The position numbers and the translations under genes were made by a program. A stretch of 64,000 bases of DNA from contig PPNB01000021.1 of NCBI GenBank assembly GCA_003707115.1, forward strand, positions 62,001-126,000, in the 5' to 3' direction. This document shows, piece after piece, positions 33,513 to 45,727 of this stretch; the stretch's first letter is position 1, and every line of letters starts with the position of its first letter. This DNA comes from Tortispora ganteri (Eukaryota). Under the pieces are notes generated by a model. The model saw only the letters and a list, made by a program, of their open reading frames with translations. It was not told the origin of the DNA and made no database searches.

Positions 33513-35131
33513 ATGTCTAAGCAAGATAGCGTAAGTAATTTAGAGACTATATGTGCTGGAAATTAGAGAAACTTGCTTCATTTATTGTATAACCCAGTCC
33601 CGCCCGCTGCCGCTTGCCATGACCGCTGTTCTTATCTTGAACCGAACGATGTATTCTCTTTTGTTCGGAATAGACGGACATTGTCATAAATTGCGCGTTT
33701 TGTCGGGTCGTACAAACCGCGAATTTTTTACGCAAGAATTTCGATACACAATTGTCCTTCTGCCGCGGGGTTTCTCATCCGCCCGGCCTGTCACATATTC
33801 CTTCACAATGACATTTTGTACTAACATTCCCGCAGAACTTTTTAATCGACTTCATGAGTACGTAATTTTTGCTTTTAGTAAAATTATTTGGTGCAATGTA
33901 AGGGGCCGCCCTGTATACAGCTTTTACCATTCATCTATAGCCTGTCCTTTCCTCTTCGTGGTTTCTGCTCTTTAATGAGTAGCCGGTCTTCACTTTTGGT
34001 TAGCCTCACCGCTTCCTACGCTTGCTGCCCATGAATGGTCAATTGGTCGGTCCCTTCCTTCCTATTGTCCAATAAGGCCGCGTATAGATGATGATAAAGT
34101 TCTCTTAATAAGGTTTTACGACCTTATTGTCCCCTTTCAATGCTAAACCAAATATCTATCTCGGTTCTTTGCGGAACCCGGCCACATGCGATAGTTTTGC
34201 GATGGCTGCGTAGTTCGGAGAAATCGCCGTTACCTCCTATCCAGATTACTAACTATTAATAGTGGGTGGTGTTTCCGCCGCTGTCTCCAAGACCGCCGCT
34301 GCCCCCATCGAGCGTGTCAAACTTTTGATTCAGAATCAAGCTGAGATGATCAAGGCTGGCCGTCTTGACCGTCCTTACTCTGGCATCATGGACTGCTTCC
34401 GTCGTACTGCTGCTGACCAGGGTATCATTTCCTTGTGGCGTGGTAATACCGCCAACGTTATTCGTTACTTCCCTACCCAGGCTCTTAACTTTGCCTTCCG
34501 TGACAAGTTCAAAGCCATGTTCGGTTTCAAAAAGGACGAAGGATACTGGAAATGGTTTGCCGGTAACCTTGCCTCTGGTGGTGCTGCCGGTGCCACTTCT
34601 CTTCTCTTTGTCTACTCCCTTGACTATGCTCGTACCCGTCTTGCTAACGATGCTAAGTCTGCTAAGGGCAATGGTGAGCGTCAATTTAACGGTCTCATTG
34701 ATGTGTACAGAAAAACTTTGGCTTCTGATGGTATTAGCGGTCTCTACCGTGGATTTGGTCCTTCTGTCCTCGGAATTGTTGTTTACCGTGGTCTCTACTT
34801 CGGTCTCTACGATTCCATCAAGCCCCTCATCCTTGTTGGACCTTTGGAAGGAAACTTCCTTGTCTCTTTCTTGCTCGGATGGGTCGTCACCACTGTTGCT
34901 GGTATCGCCTCTTACCCTCTTGACACTGTCCGTCGTCGTATGATGATGACTTCCGGTGAAGCCGTTAAGTACAAGTCTTCCTTCGATGCTTTCTCTAAGA
35001 TCGTTGCTGCTGAGGGTGTCAAGTCTCTCTTCAAGGGCGCTGGTGCTAACATTCTCCGTGGTGTTGCTTCTGCTGGTGTCATTTCCATCTATGATCAGCT
35101 CCAGATGATCATGTTTGGCAAGAAGTTCTAA
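33513..35131 (+). CDS. PET9: Mitochondrial ADP/ATP carrier, exons 33513-33530, 33836-33857, 34263-35131
   Basis: Spliced [35 protein letters not shown]...RRRMMM. Introns GTAAGT..TACTAAC..CAG and GTACGT..TACTAAC..TAG. Confidence 0.95.
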
Positions 35132-36019
35132 ACAGCCTTATTTAGCTTAAAACCGCATTAGACTGTTATAGTTTTCTTTGTTGTTTTCCTCTGTGTGCCT
35201 TTTTCCTCTTTTGCCTAAGTCTTGCTATTCATCGAACTTTCCTTCGATTAACAGTTTATATATAGACTTTGTCTGTTGAGCAATTGTGACAATTTCTATT
35301 GTGCGAATCGTCAAAGAAGCTAATATTTTACACACGCGTTCTGTTGTCTATTCATTGAGTTGTTCTAGCCGATCGCTTATTGGCTTCGATGCCGACTTCG
35401 GCAATAAATGGTCACCTTTGTTTCAAACTTCATCTGTATGTCGTACTTTCATATAAAGAAAAAAAGGCGCATATAAATTTTGTAGCAGCGCGTGGCTAAT
35501 TGCTACTGCTGGTTTCTGTACAGGCCGGTTATATTAAACTGTATCCAGACATTTACCCTAGACCACTGGTGGCTATAGACTCCTTCGCCAATCAGCGATC
35601 TTCATCTTTCTCCACCGCCATTTACCTGTCTTCTACGACAATTTAACACAAAATTTGCTCCAAACCTCGCGTAATAGATTACTTTACTGCGCGTATTGTA
35701 CTCTCCTCTGCATCTTTCCAATCGTTCAGTTTGCGATTGACGTAACTTCTGTAGTTACTGTATCTGTGGATCAGGTCTGGTACCCACGCAGAGCGTATCG
35801 TTTCCTCCATAGACGGCATCGACTGCGATCTGTAGCCGCCCGTCTGTGTTGCCTGATATTAACCATTTTCTACACGTCATATCATCTGCCATCCTATAGT
35901 GCTACAACATACCGTCTACAAGCGTGTAAACCATCATAGCCGTGAAAGTTTTGTCCTTTAACTGATCGCCACCCGCCACTCAATTTCACCTGTCTATATT
36001 ATATATCGCTCTTCCTCGA

Positions 36020-38710
36020 ATGTCATCTGCGCTAGACGTCTCTGACTCAGCCAGCCTGATACTTCCAGAAACTTCGTCGCCAGAAATCTCGGACACTGAA
36101 AGTTCGCCCGAGAGTCCGGACAACGGCTCTAGACGCAAATCTGAAGAAGGTAAACGTCGGCGCGTTCTACAAGCCTGCGAAAGTTGTCGCAAAAAGAAGA
36201 CAAAATGCGACGGTGTCCGACCAGAGTGCGCACACTGCAAATCACACGGCCTGGAGTGTCTTTATGCTGAAAAGAAGAAAAAACGCGTCGTACCTAAGAA
36301 CGTCAAGTACATATCTGGGCTGGAGGAACGTGTGGCACAATTGGAAAATGCTATAAAGGCCGTTTTGCCTGAATCAACTAACTTGGATAATCCCGAAATC
36401 TTGGCTGAAGAGCTGCGATCGAAAATAGGTGGTCGTTCAAATCGTGCTAGACATTACGCATGTGCGAACAGGTTCGACCACGACGACTCATCAGAGGAGT
36501 TGTCCTCAAGATTAAATCTGCTTAAAATAAGTAGTGGTGACAAACAGAACGGAACTGACATATTTATTTCCCCAGGCTCATTTGCTACTGTATTCTCCAC
36601 GCAAGGACTGGAATGGATTACTGCTCGAATGGGCAACGACGATGTTGCAAGGCTAGTCATTACTATGATGCTATTCAAGAAAGACGACAAAACTCCGGCA
36701 GAACTCATGCAGAAAGTCAACTCTGAACCGGTAGAGCTACCCCCTCAACATATTACCTTGAAAATCTGCAAATCTGTCACGCTGTCATGGCGAGCATTAG
36801 CTGTTGTCATTTCAATGGAAGAAATAGTTGACGCTATAGAAAAGGTATACACTTCTCTTGCTTTGTTCAGAAATGTCGAAGGCTGCCCACTCGAATATCT
36901 CTTGGTTAATTGTTTGCTAAATATTGGAGCCAAAGGGTTTGAATTCTCTGATAGCAACTGCGCTTACTACCACAGAGCAGCACTTTTTGACGAGTTTTCT
37001 GATCTTGAGCGGCAACTAATATGCGTTGATCGTACTGCAAACATTCTTCGCGTCATATCTATACTTCCTTTCATGCAACCTTCTTTGTTTGCTATTCAAT
37101 GCATCGATGTTGCCTGCAAAATCTTTTCCGTGATAAGCCACTGCCCAGTGCAAGGCAGGTTATTCGCTATAGCCGCGAACATGGCCTATCAGCTTGGCCT
37201 GCACCGTCGCGTTATTGGTTTACCTGAAGAAGTTCTATCGAAGCGCCGCCTAGTATGGTGGAGTTTATTTTTGCACGATGTTGAAGTTGCTTATCGCCAC
37301 AGTATGAGAGTCATAATTAACCCATTTGATATGTCGGTAGACATGCTGAAGGAATCTGATTTGCAGACTGTGCCACAATTGAAAGACGATGAGCTGTTTA
37401 TAAAAGTATATCGTCAAATAATTGAGTTTAGCATAATATCTGCTCGTGCGCACTATGTCCTTGCTGGTCCCGATATATCGAAACTATTCGTGAACGAAAT
37501 TGAAGATTTGGTTGGCACCATTGATCAGAAGCTCAATGATTGGATGCAGTCAATACCTGCTAAAATACGTGATGCTACTGTACTGACTGATCCAGAGGCG
37601 ACACCTGAACAAAAACACCTATGTTTGTATGTGCGCATTTTTTATAACAATGTCATCTCTACCATTCATCATATGTCTGTGCATCACTTTCTATGGGACG
37701 AGTCGCTCGTTGGTGTTACACACAAAAAGGATACATTTGGAGCTCTGAATTCGTCGTCAACATCTAATGATGCCTCTCCTTTGAACAGCAGTGGATCAGA
37801 CACGGCAGACTCTTCAAACTCTTCACGTCCTGCATTAAACCCTCGTGTTTATTCCTCTTCAGCTATTTGTGCAGAGTCTGCGCGGGACACTTTGAAGCTG
37901 TTTAATATGTCTAGTGACCAATCACTATTTTGGATTGTGAATATTCCGTACCATGGTGTTGCGTTTCTTTACATGGTGATCAATCTTATTCAATATCCTA
38001 CTGTGAGCTCCTCTCCAAGCGATCTTAAAGTCCTTGAAGATACCATAAGACTGATGTCCACTTTGAAGCAACTAATTGGAAACGAGAAACCGCGATCAGT
38101 ATGGTTTACTGTACTTGATGGACTGTACTCGTCCGTGTCTGCTTATGTTCGTAAATGTTCGAATGCGAATTCTCAATCACGGAAACGAAATATGGACACC
38201 TACAATACCGGATCGCTGTCACAGTTCGATCAATATAATGAGGGACACTTGCAAACGGCCAGCAGTTCGGAATTTTCAACTACTGTTGATACAGACTCTG
38301 CAAGTCAACGCAACTTTGAGATAACACCTCCCCATATTGATGACAGCTGGAAGGCGTTGGAGTTCATGGATAGTTCTCTCGACTACATTGGCCAATTTGA
38401 ACAAATGGAAGCATCTCAGCCATGGCTATTTCCTGGAAGCTCGCACAATTTTATAGGTAATGAACGAATGCTTACTCAAATGACAGGAACCGCACGAGGA
38501 GTCTCTACGTTTCCAGCTGAAGTGCCCACTATTGTGGATCCGATGTCTGCGCAAGACACTCAACTGAACTTTTCTGATGACTATATTAATGGATTCTCCG
38601 GAAATCCTCTATTGTTTGCCGCTGGCGACGCACAGAAAGAAGGATCTACTACTTTATGGGACAAAATTCTCTCAACAACTCCCTGGGATTTTTCTAAAGG
38701 CAACCTATAA
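36020..38710 (+). CDS. Zn(II)2Cys6 transcription factor with fungal TF middle domain
   Basis: ACESCRKKKTKCDGVRPECAHCKSHGLECLY, LEERVAQLE coiled coil, AYQLGLHR...RRLVWWSLF. Confidence 0.93.
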   Translation: MSSALDVSDSASLILPETSSPEISDTESSPESPDNGSRRKSEEGKRRRVLQACESCRKKKTKCDGVRPECAHCKSHGLECLYAEKKKKRVVPKNVKYISGLEERVAQLENAIKAVLPESTNLDNPEILAEELRSKIGGRSNRARHYACANRFDHDDSSEELSSRLNLLKISSGDKQNGTDIFISPGSFATVFSTQGLEWITARMGNDDVARLVITMMLFKKDDKTPAELMQKVNSEPVELPPQHITLKICKSVTLSWRALAVVISMEEIVDAIEKVYTSLALFRNVEGCPLEYLLVNCLLNIGAKGFEFSDSNCAYYHRAALFDEFSDLERQLICVDRTANILRVISILPFMQPSLFAIQCIDVACKIFSVISHCPVQGRLFAIAANMAYQLGLHRRVIGLPEEVLSKRRLVWWSLFLHDVEVAYRHSMRVIINPFDMSVDMLKESDLQTVPQLKDDELFIKVYRQIIEFSIISARAHYVLAGPDISKLFVNEIEDLVGTIDQKLNDWMQSIPAKIRDATVLTDPEATPEQKHLCLYVRIFYNNVISTIHHMSVHHFLWDESLVGVTHKKDTFGALNSSSTSNDASPLNSSGSDTADSSNSSRPALNPRVYSSSAICAESARDTLKLFNMSSDQSLFWIVNIPYHGVAFLYMVINLIQYPTVSSSPSDLKVLEDTIRLMSTLKQLIGNEKPRSVWFTVLDGLYSSVSAYVRKCSNANSQSRKRNMDTYNTGSLSQFDQYNEGHLQTASSSEFSTTVDTDSASQRNFEITPPHIDDSWKALEFMDSSLDYIGQFEQMEASQPWLFPGSSHNFIGNERMLTQMTGTARGVSTFPAEVPTIVDPMSAQDTQLNFSDDYINGFSGNPLLFAAGDAQKEGSTTLWDKILSTTPWDFSKGNL

Positions 38711-39057
38711 GACGACGCATGGATCTGACCGAGTTTCATCCCACCTTTCGCATTTTCGTGGCGATTCTTTCTGAAAATCCTTCCAAAAACCACAAGCACA
38801 TATTATCGCTGGTACTCGTCTATTGAAAAGTAATTATACAACCCAGATTACTAATCTTTACTAACCTGTTTCTACTCAACCGCTTCCTCTGAACGACGTT
38901 TGAATAACCCTAACCCCAATAATTTCTAAATTCATAAGAAGCCTCTGATCCATTCCACCACGCTACACTTACCTTGCTTGTATTATCAAGTTTTTCGCAG
39001 AAGCGATCGTGAAAAAATTACTTTGTATAAGAACTTGCACCAATTTCAGAATCTCTT

Positions 39058-41634
39058 ATGTCTGTTATTAGGGGTTTGAATGGCGCAAGGTTTGTCAGCA
39101 GGCAAGGTTTGCTGCCTCTAACCCGACGAATGACATTGAGCGCGGTGCCGGTCTTTTCGATGCGTAGAGCCATAGCGCAGCCTTACAAGCTCTTATTTTA
39201 TCGCGGATATAGTGATCAAAAAGATAAGCAATGGGTGTATAGACGAAATGGCCCGTCTGGCGGCGCGTCGAAACAAGAGCTTGAGAAAGAAATTGACGCC
39301 ACAATCTTGAAGCTAGATGAGCTCACTGAACAGGAGATTTCGCAGTTGCTCACCAAAAATTTGTCTGATCTTCCTAGTGCAGCTAAAATAATAATCAGCT
39401 CGGAAGAAAGACCTATAGTTGCAGAAAAACTTGCCCAATTGCGAGGATCTAATCCTCGTAAATTTCATGAAATTATGGGCGAGGTCACCAGGCTCGATCG
39501 GGAAGCTGCCACTAGAATCGAGAAAGATCTCGACAATAAGTACCCTGCCTCTCAAGCTGACCCGAATATTGATGCTAGGTCTAATATTGGCAGAGATAAA
39601 CCGCGACCTGCATCTGCGACTGGTGGGCCCGGTGGAAGTGGAGGTAATAAGGGCGGACCTGGCGGACCTAATGGTGGTCCTCCACGGCTAGATCGCTTTA
39701 TTGGTGAGATATTGCTATTTATGCTATTCCTGTATTTTGCATCTCGTTTATTCTCCGATAACTCAGGTGGCCGGGAAATAACATGGCAAGAGTTCCAGAA
39801 CATCTACCTTAATCGTGGCCTAGTCGAAAAGCTCTCTGTGGTTAACCGAGCCTATGTCCGCGCAACTCTCAGGCCTGATGCTGTCTCCTCTAATGGAACC
39901 AGATACGTTTATTTCTCTATCGGTTCTGTTGACTCGTTTGAGCGTCACTTAGACGAAGCTCAAGATTCTCTAGGAATACCGGCCACACAAAGACTCCCTG
40001 TTGCATACGTCGACGAAGGCTCACTGCTGAACGGCTTATTGGCGATCCTTCCGACGCTACTAGTTATTGGATCTATTCTGTTCATTACTCGCAGAATGGG
40101 CAGTGGCGCTTCTAGTGGCGGAGGTATATTTGGTGTTGGAAAGTCTAAAGCAAAACTTTTCAATCAAGAGACTGATGTTAAAATTAAATTCAAAGACGTT
40201 GCTGGTTGTGACGAAGCTAAGGAGGAAATTATGGAATTTGTCAAGTTTTTGAAGCACCCTCAACAATATGAACGTTTAGGAGCTAAAATCCCTCGAGGTG
40301 CTATTCTTTCAGGTCCTCCTGGTACCGGTAAGACTCTATTAGCAAAAGCTACCGCTGGTGAAGCCGGTGTACCTTTTTTGTCTGTATCTGGTTCTGAGTT
40401 TGTTGAAATGTTTGTTGGTGTTGGTGCTAGTCGCGTTCGTGATTTGTTCAAGACAGCAAGAAAGATGGCCCCAGCTATTATCTTCGTGGACGAAATCGAC
40501 GCTATCGGAAAAGCTCGCGGTCGAGGAAACTTTACTGGCGGAAACGATGAACGAGAAGCTACACTAAACCAGCTGCTAGTTGAGATGGACGGATTCGAAA
40601 GCTCAGATCATATTGTTGTACTGGCAGGTACTAATAGAGCAGATGTGCTGGATCCCGCTCTCACTAGACCTGGTAGATTTGACCGACATATAACTATTGA
40701 TAGACCCGATGTTGAAGGAAGGAAACAAATTTTCTTAGTTCATTTACGTCACATTCGCACGAAACTTGTGCTTGACGATCTCTCTGGCAGGTTAGCAGCA
40801 TTGACTCCTGGATTTTCAGGAGCCGACATTGCTAATTGTGTGAATGAAGCCGCTCTTATTGCAGCAAGATATCAAGCTAATGAAGTTGACCTAAAGCACT
40901 TTGAGCAAGCTATTGAACGTGTTATCGCTGGACTAGAAAAGAAGAGTAAAGTTCTCTCGCCCGATGACAAACGGACAGTAGCATACCATGAAGCTGGACA
41001 TGCTATCTGTGGATGGTTTTTGAAATGGGCTGATCCATTGTTAAAGGTATCTATTATACCACGCGGTCAAGGTGCTCTTGGGTACGCTCAATACCTACCT
41101 CCGGACCAATACCTTATGTCTGAAGAGCAGTTCAGTGATAGGCTTACTATGACGCTGGGTGGACGAGTGTCAGAAGAACTGCATTTTGCAAGCGTGACGA
41201 GTGGCGCGTCAGATGACTTCCGAAAAGTTACTCAAATGGCTACGGCTATGGTTACACAATATGGCATGTCTAAGAAGATTGGTCATGTATTTTTTGACCA
41301 AAGCCAAGAGTCTTTCAGCAAGCCGTTTTCAGAAAGCACGGCAGCTATAATTGATAGCGAAGTGAGACGTATAGTCGAGGATGCTCACGTAAAATGCCGA
41401 AACCTACTAATAGAGAAACAGAAAGAAGTGGGGCTTGTTGCTGAAGAGCTTTTGAAGAAGGAAGTTATAGGGCGGGAGGATATGATCAGATTGCTCGGAC
41501 CGCGACCTTTCCCCGAGAGGAATGACGCTTTTGACAAGTATTTATCAGAGAGAAATGGTAAGAAGGATGAACCTACCGAAGAAGGAGGAGCCGATGAATC
41601 TACAGTGAAAAACGATACTCCGAAGGAAACTTAG
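39058..41634 (+). CDS. Mitochondrial m-AAA protease subunit (Yta12/Afg3 family)
   Basis: [25 protein letters not shown], Walker [13 protein letters not shown], zinc motif HEAGH; paralog not resolved. Confidence 0.95.
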   Translation: MSVIRGLNGARFVSRQGLLPLTRRMTLSAVPVFSMRRAIAQPYKLLFYRGYSDQKDKQWVYRRNGPSGGASKQELEKEIDATILKLDELTEQEISQLLTKNLSDLPSAAKIIISSEERPIVAEKLAQLRGSNPRKFHEIMGEVTRLDREAATRIEKDLDNKYPASQADPNIDARSNIGRDKPRPASATGGPGGSGGNKGGPGGPNGGPPRLDRFIGEILLFMLFLYFASRLFSDNSGGREITWQEFQNIYLNRGLVEKLSVVNRAYVRATLRPDAVSSNGTRYVYFSIGSVDSFERHLDEAQDSLGIPATQRLPVAYVDEGSLLNGLLAILPTLLVIGSILFITRRMGSGASSGGGIFGVGKSKAKLFNQETDVKIKFKDVAGCDEAKEEIMEFVKFLKHPQQYERLGAKIPRGAILSGPPGTGKTLLAKATAGEAGVPFLSVSGSEFVEMFVGVGASRVRDLFKTARKMAPAIIFVDEIDAIGKARGRGNFTGGNDEREATLNQLLVEMDGFESSDHIVVLAGTNRADVLDPALTRPGRFDRHITIDRPDVEGRKQIFLVHLRHIRTKLVLDDLSGRLAALTPGFSGADIANCVNEAALIAARYQANEVDLKHFEQAIERVIAGLEKKSKVLSPDDKRTVAYHEAGHAICGWFLKWADPLLKVSIIPRGQGALGYAQYLPPDQYLMSEEQFSDRLTMTLGGRVSEELHFASVTSGASDDFRKVTQMATAMVTQYGMSKKIGHVFFDQSQESFSKPFSESTAAIIDSEVRRIVEDAHVKCRNLLIEKQKEVGLVAEELLKKEVIGREDMIRLLGPRPFPERNDAFDKYLSERNGKKDEPTEEGGADESTVKNDTPKET

Positions 41635-41788
41635 GCTCAAACATTCAAGACTACTACGCTTTATACTTTCTATTGTATATAACAATGCGCGAGCATTAGT
41701 GATAACTCATCATGTTATTTCATTAACTAAAGGGCAAAACGTCCAGTATGTTTTGGATTTTTTTTTGTTCTGTAAGCTATATAGTAGC

Positions 41789-42796
41789 TCAAGAGGAAGG
41801 TTCTTCTAGAATTTCCTTGAGATTAGTGCGGCCTGATCCACGCTCAAGAGGTTTCTGCTGATCTGGACTTGGTTTCCATCCAATTATGTGAATTATTCGG
41901 AAAGTAGCGGGTATTCCCTGTTCACTAGAGTCTTCTCCGACATGTAGAGCAGGATATAAGGCGGATGTGGCGAGTATGAGGTCGCGCGGCATGAACTCCG
42001 GACGATTATGAACAGCGTTCGACTCGCCCATCAAAGGTAAGTCACGCATGAGAGAGAGAACATCCGGATACGAGACTATGATTTCGTCCACGTCTACGGT
42101 GTTTAAACTGAACCCGGCTTGCTGCATGAGCTGGCCGATGTCGCGGACTTCAGCCAGTGGTGAGAGACGTGGGGAAAAAGTACCGTATCGTTCCATTTCG
42201 GCAAGTTGTAAGGATGTTCTCAGTTCAAATAAAGAGTCGCCACCGATCATAGAAGCCATGAACATGCCGTCTGGGACAAGGACACGATTGATGTTTTTCA
42301 GTACCCCGGGGAGGTCGTTGATCCAGTGCAGGGACAGGTTGCTAATAACGGCATCAAAAGAGTTTTCTGGGTACTTTGCGATCGCATGCTCTTCGTCCGC
42401 ATGCTGACGTTCGATTTTGAGACGAGTGTTGAATGGAAACTTGTCTGGGTCAGCGTCGCGGTAGAGAAGTGCCCTAGAGCTTTCCAGCATTGTTATGTGA
42501 TCTAAGCGCGACAACAGCGCTTCTTTATGTTCTGTAGATTCTGACGAGCAAAGACTTGACTCAATTGAGCCCGGTCCTGAACCGAAGTCAAGGACGTTTG
42601 GGAACTTACGAGAGACGAATTCGAGCCGTTCGACGATCCGGGTAGCCACTTCGTTGCGTAGGTAATCTGCCTGGCGCGCGTTTTCGCTAGCTGCACGATC
42701 GCGGTGTATTTCTTTTATTTTGCGGTCAAATATTTGTAGGTTACTATAGCTGCGCATTGTAACGTTTAACCGACGTTTAGTGCAGCATCGCAGCAT
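41789..42796 (-). CDS. NDUFAF5: Complex I assembly factor NDUFAF5 (SAM-dependent)
   Basis: IFDRKIK..HRDRAA, DYLRNEVA, LDFGSG, SNLSLHWINDLPG, LFELRTSLQLAE.ER, IGWKP.P.Q.KPLERGSG. Confidence 0.92.
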   Translation of the reverse strand: MLRCCTKRRLNVTMRSYSNLQIFDRKIKEIHRDRAASENARQADYLRNEVATRIVERLEFVSRKFPNVLDFGSGPGSIESSLCSSESTEHKEALLSRLDHITMLESSRALLYRDADPDKFPFNTRLKIERQHADEEHAIAKYPENSFDAVISNLSLHWINDLPGVLKNINRVLVPDGMFMASMIGGDSLFELRTSLQLAEMERYGTFSPRLSPLAEVRDIGQLMQQAGFSLNTVDVDEIIVSYPDVLSLMRDLPLMGESNAVHNRPEFMPRDLILATSALYPALHVGEDSSEQGIPATFRIIHIIGWKPSPDQQKPLERGSGRTNLKEILEEPSS

Positions 42797-42854
42797 TTTT
42801 TGCGTCAGGTGGAGGTAGGAAACTAGAAATCATGAGGTCCCAAATGTAAAAAGC

Positions 42855-44648
42855 CTAGCCGTTTAAAAGGTCGTCGATGGATGGCAGGTCACCAGAATTC
42901 GCCTCGATATCCTGTTCGTACGCTGTTTTAGCAAATTTAGTGTTCACTTTCAAGTCAGCATGACGTTTAAGCGCATCTATAAGCCTCTTGGTTTGCGGCG
43001 TGTCGGGGGGAAAGTACCTGTTCGAGAACCCAGGCGGTGATCCGGCATGTATGTGCGCTAGAAGGTCATCTTCATCTTTGTCCGGGTTGAGCGCTCGAAA
43101 CATAGCTGCTTGCTGTAAGCGAAAAATATACGGATTTGCAAGCGCTACCGGGTCCAGAGAGTCATAGTATTCTGAGTCTTGCGGGATTGTAGCTGCAGCT
43201 ACATACTCATCCATAGCAGTCTGGAGGTCGATAGAAGGTGTAAACTTTTTCGTTTTAGCTTTCAAAGAGTCGGAAGACTTGAGCAAAATGTTGGAGAAAT
43301 CAGGATAGGGGAAAGAGGCAAAGTCGTTGTAGTGCGGCAGGTTGCAGTGCATGAGATGTGGCGGCAACTCTTCAAGAGTCGACGACGAGGGCACGAACAC
43401 GCAGGCAAGTTTCGGGGGTTTATTATTTGTCAGAATGGATCGCACTATCGCTACTGAATCTGTAATGATAAGCGCCGCTGCGAGCTGCACCATTGCTGAA
43501 GAGTCAAATTCCGTCACGTACAAGTTCTTGCCTGTACCATTGCGTGCAGGGACTACATAACTGACTTCGCCCATTAGGAAATGTCGCGGCAGTTGACTCT
43601 TTGCGACAAAAGCAATGATCTCGATTGCGACAGAAGTGCGGATCTCTAGCAGGTCCTTATATCGTGATTCCATGGGAATGATAGAATCTCCGAGACGATA
43701 GCCGGGTGCAATACAGTCCTTTTCGACTTCAACGAGATCTGGACGGTGTTCGCAGGGAATAGTCTCGTCCACGGGTTCATCCTTGGTATAGTCTTTAGAT
43801 TTGATGAAGTAGTGGATTGAGGAACTAATAGGTTCAAGGAATCTACCTGGTTTAGATGTCGGAACAGGCTGCGGACCCGGCTGGTCCTTGAAAACATCTG
43901 GCAGCGGGCAGACCGTATAGCGGGTGGCAGTAGGTGGTTTTGTGGCCTTTGTTAATGGGTAGAGGAAGACGGAGATACGTAGATTTGTGAGATCATCTGA
44001 GTACTCTGGAGGGCCAAGGGTGAGGTCTGCAAGTGCCATACGGCGAATAGCTTTGCTGCGGATGGATGCGACATCGAGATATGCAATTGCATCGTGAATA
44101 TTGACGATGTTTGCAGCAGAGAGGCCAGTGAATTGCGGGTACGCGTCTTGGTCTGCGGGTAGGAAGAGAGATAGCTGGATATCGCTGGTGGCGAGACGCG
44201 ACGAAAAGAGATCAAATGCCGATGAAGAGATTGATCTATTACCGTCTGTAAATATTTTTATATATTTTTTGAATTTTAGGTGTTGGCAGAAAGTATCTAT
44301 GGCTGTGATGGCGTAATCAATTACGGCGTCGAGTGGGTCAGCGCTGCTATCTCCGATGGTCAAGAATGAGTCAATTTGCTGTAAATAAGTAGCACTAGAT
44401 ACATCAATTGGCATAATAACATTGACATTTGGTGGTGGTTCTGACATTTCATTGGTTTCACATTTCAGCTCTGATTGACCTAAACTGACTACAGAGACGT
44501 AGTCACGCGTTCTAGCGGCAAGAGCTTTTGATGTTAGAACATTATATATATATTTTTTCACTGAATCAATTAATGGTGTATCACTATAAATATCAGCCAT
44601 TGTTGGAGATAAATCTACAATACAAATAAGTATTTCTTTATCGGCCAT
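42855..44648 (-). CDS. YKU80: Ku80 DNA end-binding subunit
   Basis: N-terminal vWA (IVDLSPTM, FTDG), beta-barrel (GYRLGDSIIP, IEIIAFV, LPHYNDF), NPYIFRLQQ. Confidence 0.8.
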   Translation of the reverse strand: MADKEILICIVDLSPTMADIYSDTPLIDSVKKYIYNVLTSKALAARTRDYVSVVSLGQSELKCETNEMSEPPPNVNVIMPIDVSSATYLQQIDSFLTIGDSSADPLDAVIDYAITAIDTFCQHLKFKKYIKIFTDGNRSISSSAFDLFSSRLATSDIQLSLFLPADQDAYPQFTGLSAANIVNIHDAIAYLDVASIRSKAIRRMALADLTLGPPEYSDDLTNLRISVFLYPLTKATKPPTATRYTVCPLPDVFKDQPGPQPVPTSKPGRFLEPISSSIHYFIKSKDYTKDEPVDETIPCEHRPDLVEVEKDCIAPGYRLGDSIIPMESRYKDLLEIRTSVAIEIIAFVAKSQLPRHFLMGEVSYVVPARNGTGKNLYVTEFDSSAMVQLAAALIITDSVAIVRSILTNNKPPKLACVFVPSSSTLEELPPHLMHCNLPHYNDFASFPYPDFSNILLKSSDSLKAKTKKFTPSIDLQTAMDEYVAAATIPQDSEYYDSLDPVALANPYIFRLQQAAMFRALNPDKDEDDLLAHIHAGSPPGFSNRYFPPDTPQTKRLIDALKRHADLKVNTKFAKTAYEQDIEANSGDLPSIDDLLNG

Positions 44649-44754
44649 TCTTAATATAGTAGTCGTCGTTTAAGTTATTCCCAAGTATTGCAGTACTTTA
44701 ATGTAGTACAGTTGTAAAAGCTATAACTAATAGCTTTTGCCATTAACCCGCTAT

Positions 44755-45303
44755 TTAATTCAATTTATTTTTCCGTTTATTCATCACCTTGATAGCAATA
44801 GGCTGTTCTGTCTCTTTCATAGCAATATCTTCATTATTATCTTGATTTAATAATGAAGCTTGTTTTTCAGCTGCGCGACGCACTTCCACGTCAAGTTGTC
44901 TTAAAATCTCAGGATGATTCTCAACCAATTTTTTATCTTCAGCAAGATCTTTGCTCTTGTTACCGCGCATACGATTTTTATAAAATGCATGCTCGCGTTT
45001 CTTTCTAATCTTTTCGATTCGCTCCATGGCATCGAGCGTAGTTTGTACAAGTTCACGATTGTATCGTACAGGTTCATTCCGTCGAGCAGCAAACATCAAT
45101 GACGAATCAACAACCATTTCTTTTCCTGCAGCTTTTCTGAATGCTTTAGTCCAACGTAATTTACGTGGGTTTCGCTTCATCTTGAAGTTCTTATGACATT
45201 TCGACCTACAAAATCGAAACTCCTTTGCATCGTTACGTACAAACATAATCCCATGTCCAGGGTAAACTGGAGATGAGCAAAAATGACAATTGTATATTCT
45301 CAT
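44755..45303 (-). CDS. RLP24: 60S biogenesis factor Rlp24
   Basis: [57 protein letters not shown]. Confidence 0.97.
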   Translation of the reverse strand: MRIYNCHFCSSPVYPGHGIMFVRNDAKEFRFCRSKCHKNFKMKRNPRKLRWTKAFRKAAGKEMVVDSSLMFAARRNEPVRYNRELVQTTLDAMERIEKIRKKREHAFYKNRMRGNKSKDLAEDKKLVENHPEILRQLDVEVRRAAEKQASLLNQDNNEDIAMKETEQPIAIKVMNKRKNKLN

Positions 45304-45727
45304 TTTTAACCTATTAACAGATCACTTTATTGAGCAAATTCTTAGTGAAATCTGATAAAAATAAAAAGAGAATAAAAAATATTAATTTGTATCAAAATGC
45401 AAACGAGAAAAAAAGGATGCAAAAAAATTTAAATCGCTTTTGCGTACCTCATTTCCTAAAATGGAAACTCCCAAATTTATCTTCCTCTCGAAGCCGCCTA
45501 CTCCGTCCCCTTCCCCTTCTAAGCTAAGCACCCTTTCTCTTTCTAAAGACTTACTTACCCCTGAAAGGGCTTAAGTCGCTCAATTTACCGCTTATATCAC
45601 TTACACTTCACATATTGCATTGATATTATAATTTTGATTCTTTTTTGATACTTTGTAACTATCTTTTCTACAACTATAGTCCTTCATCTTTGCATATTCC
45701 ACTATCTTTCTACTCATTGTACACACA

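Noticed and set aside
34256..34943. Long antisense and alternate-frame ORFs over AAC (also RPS14, RPL7, eIF5B, OSM1)
   Set aside because: Expected shadows of strongly biased codon usage.
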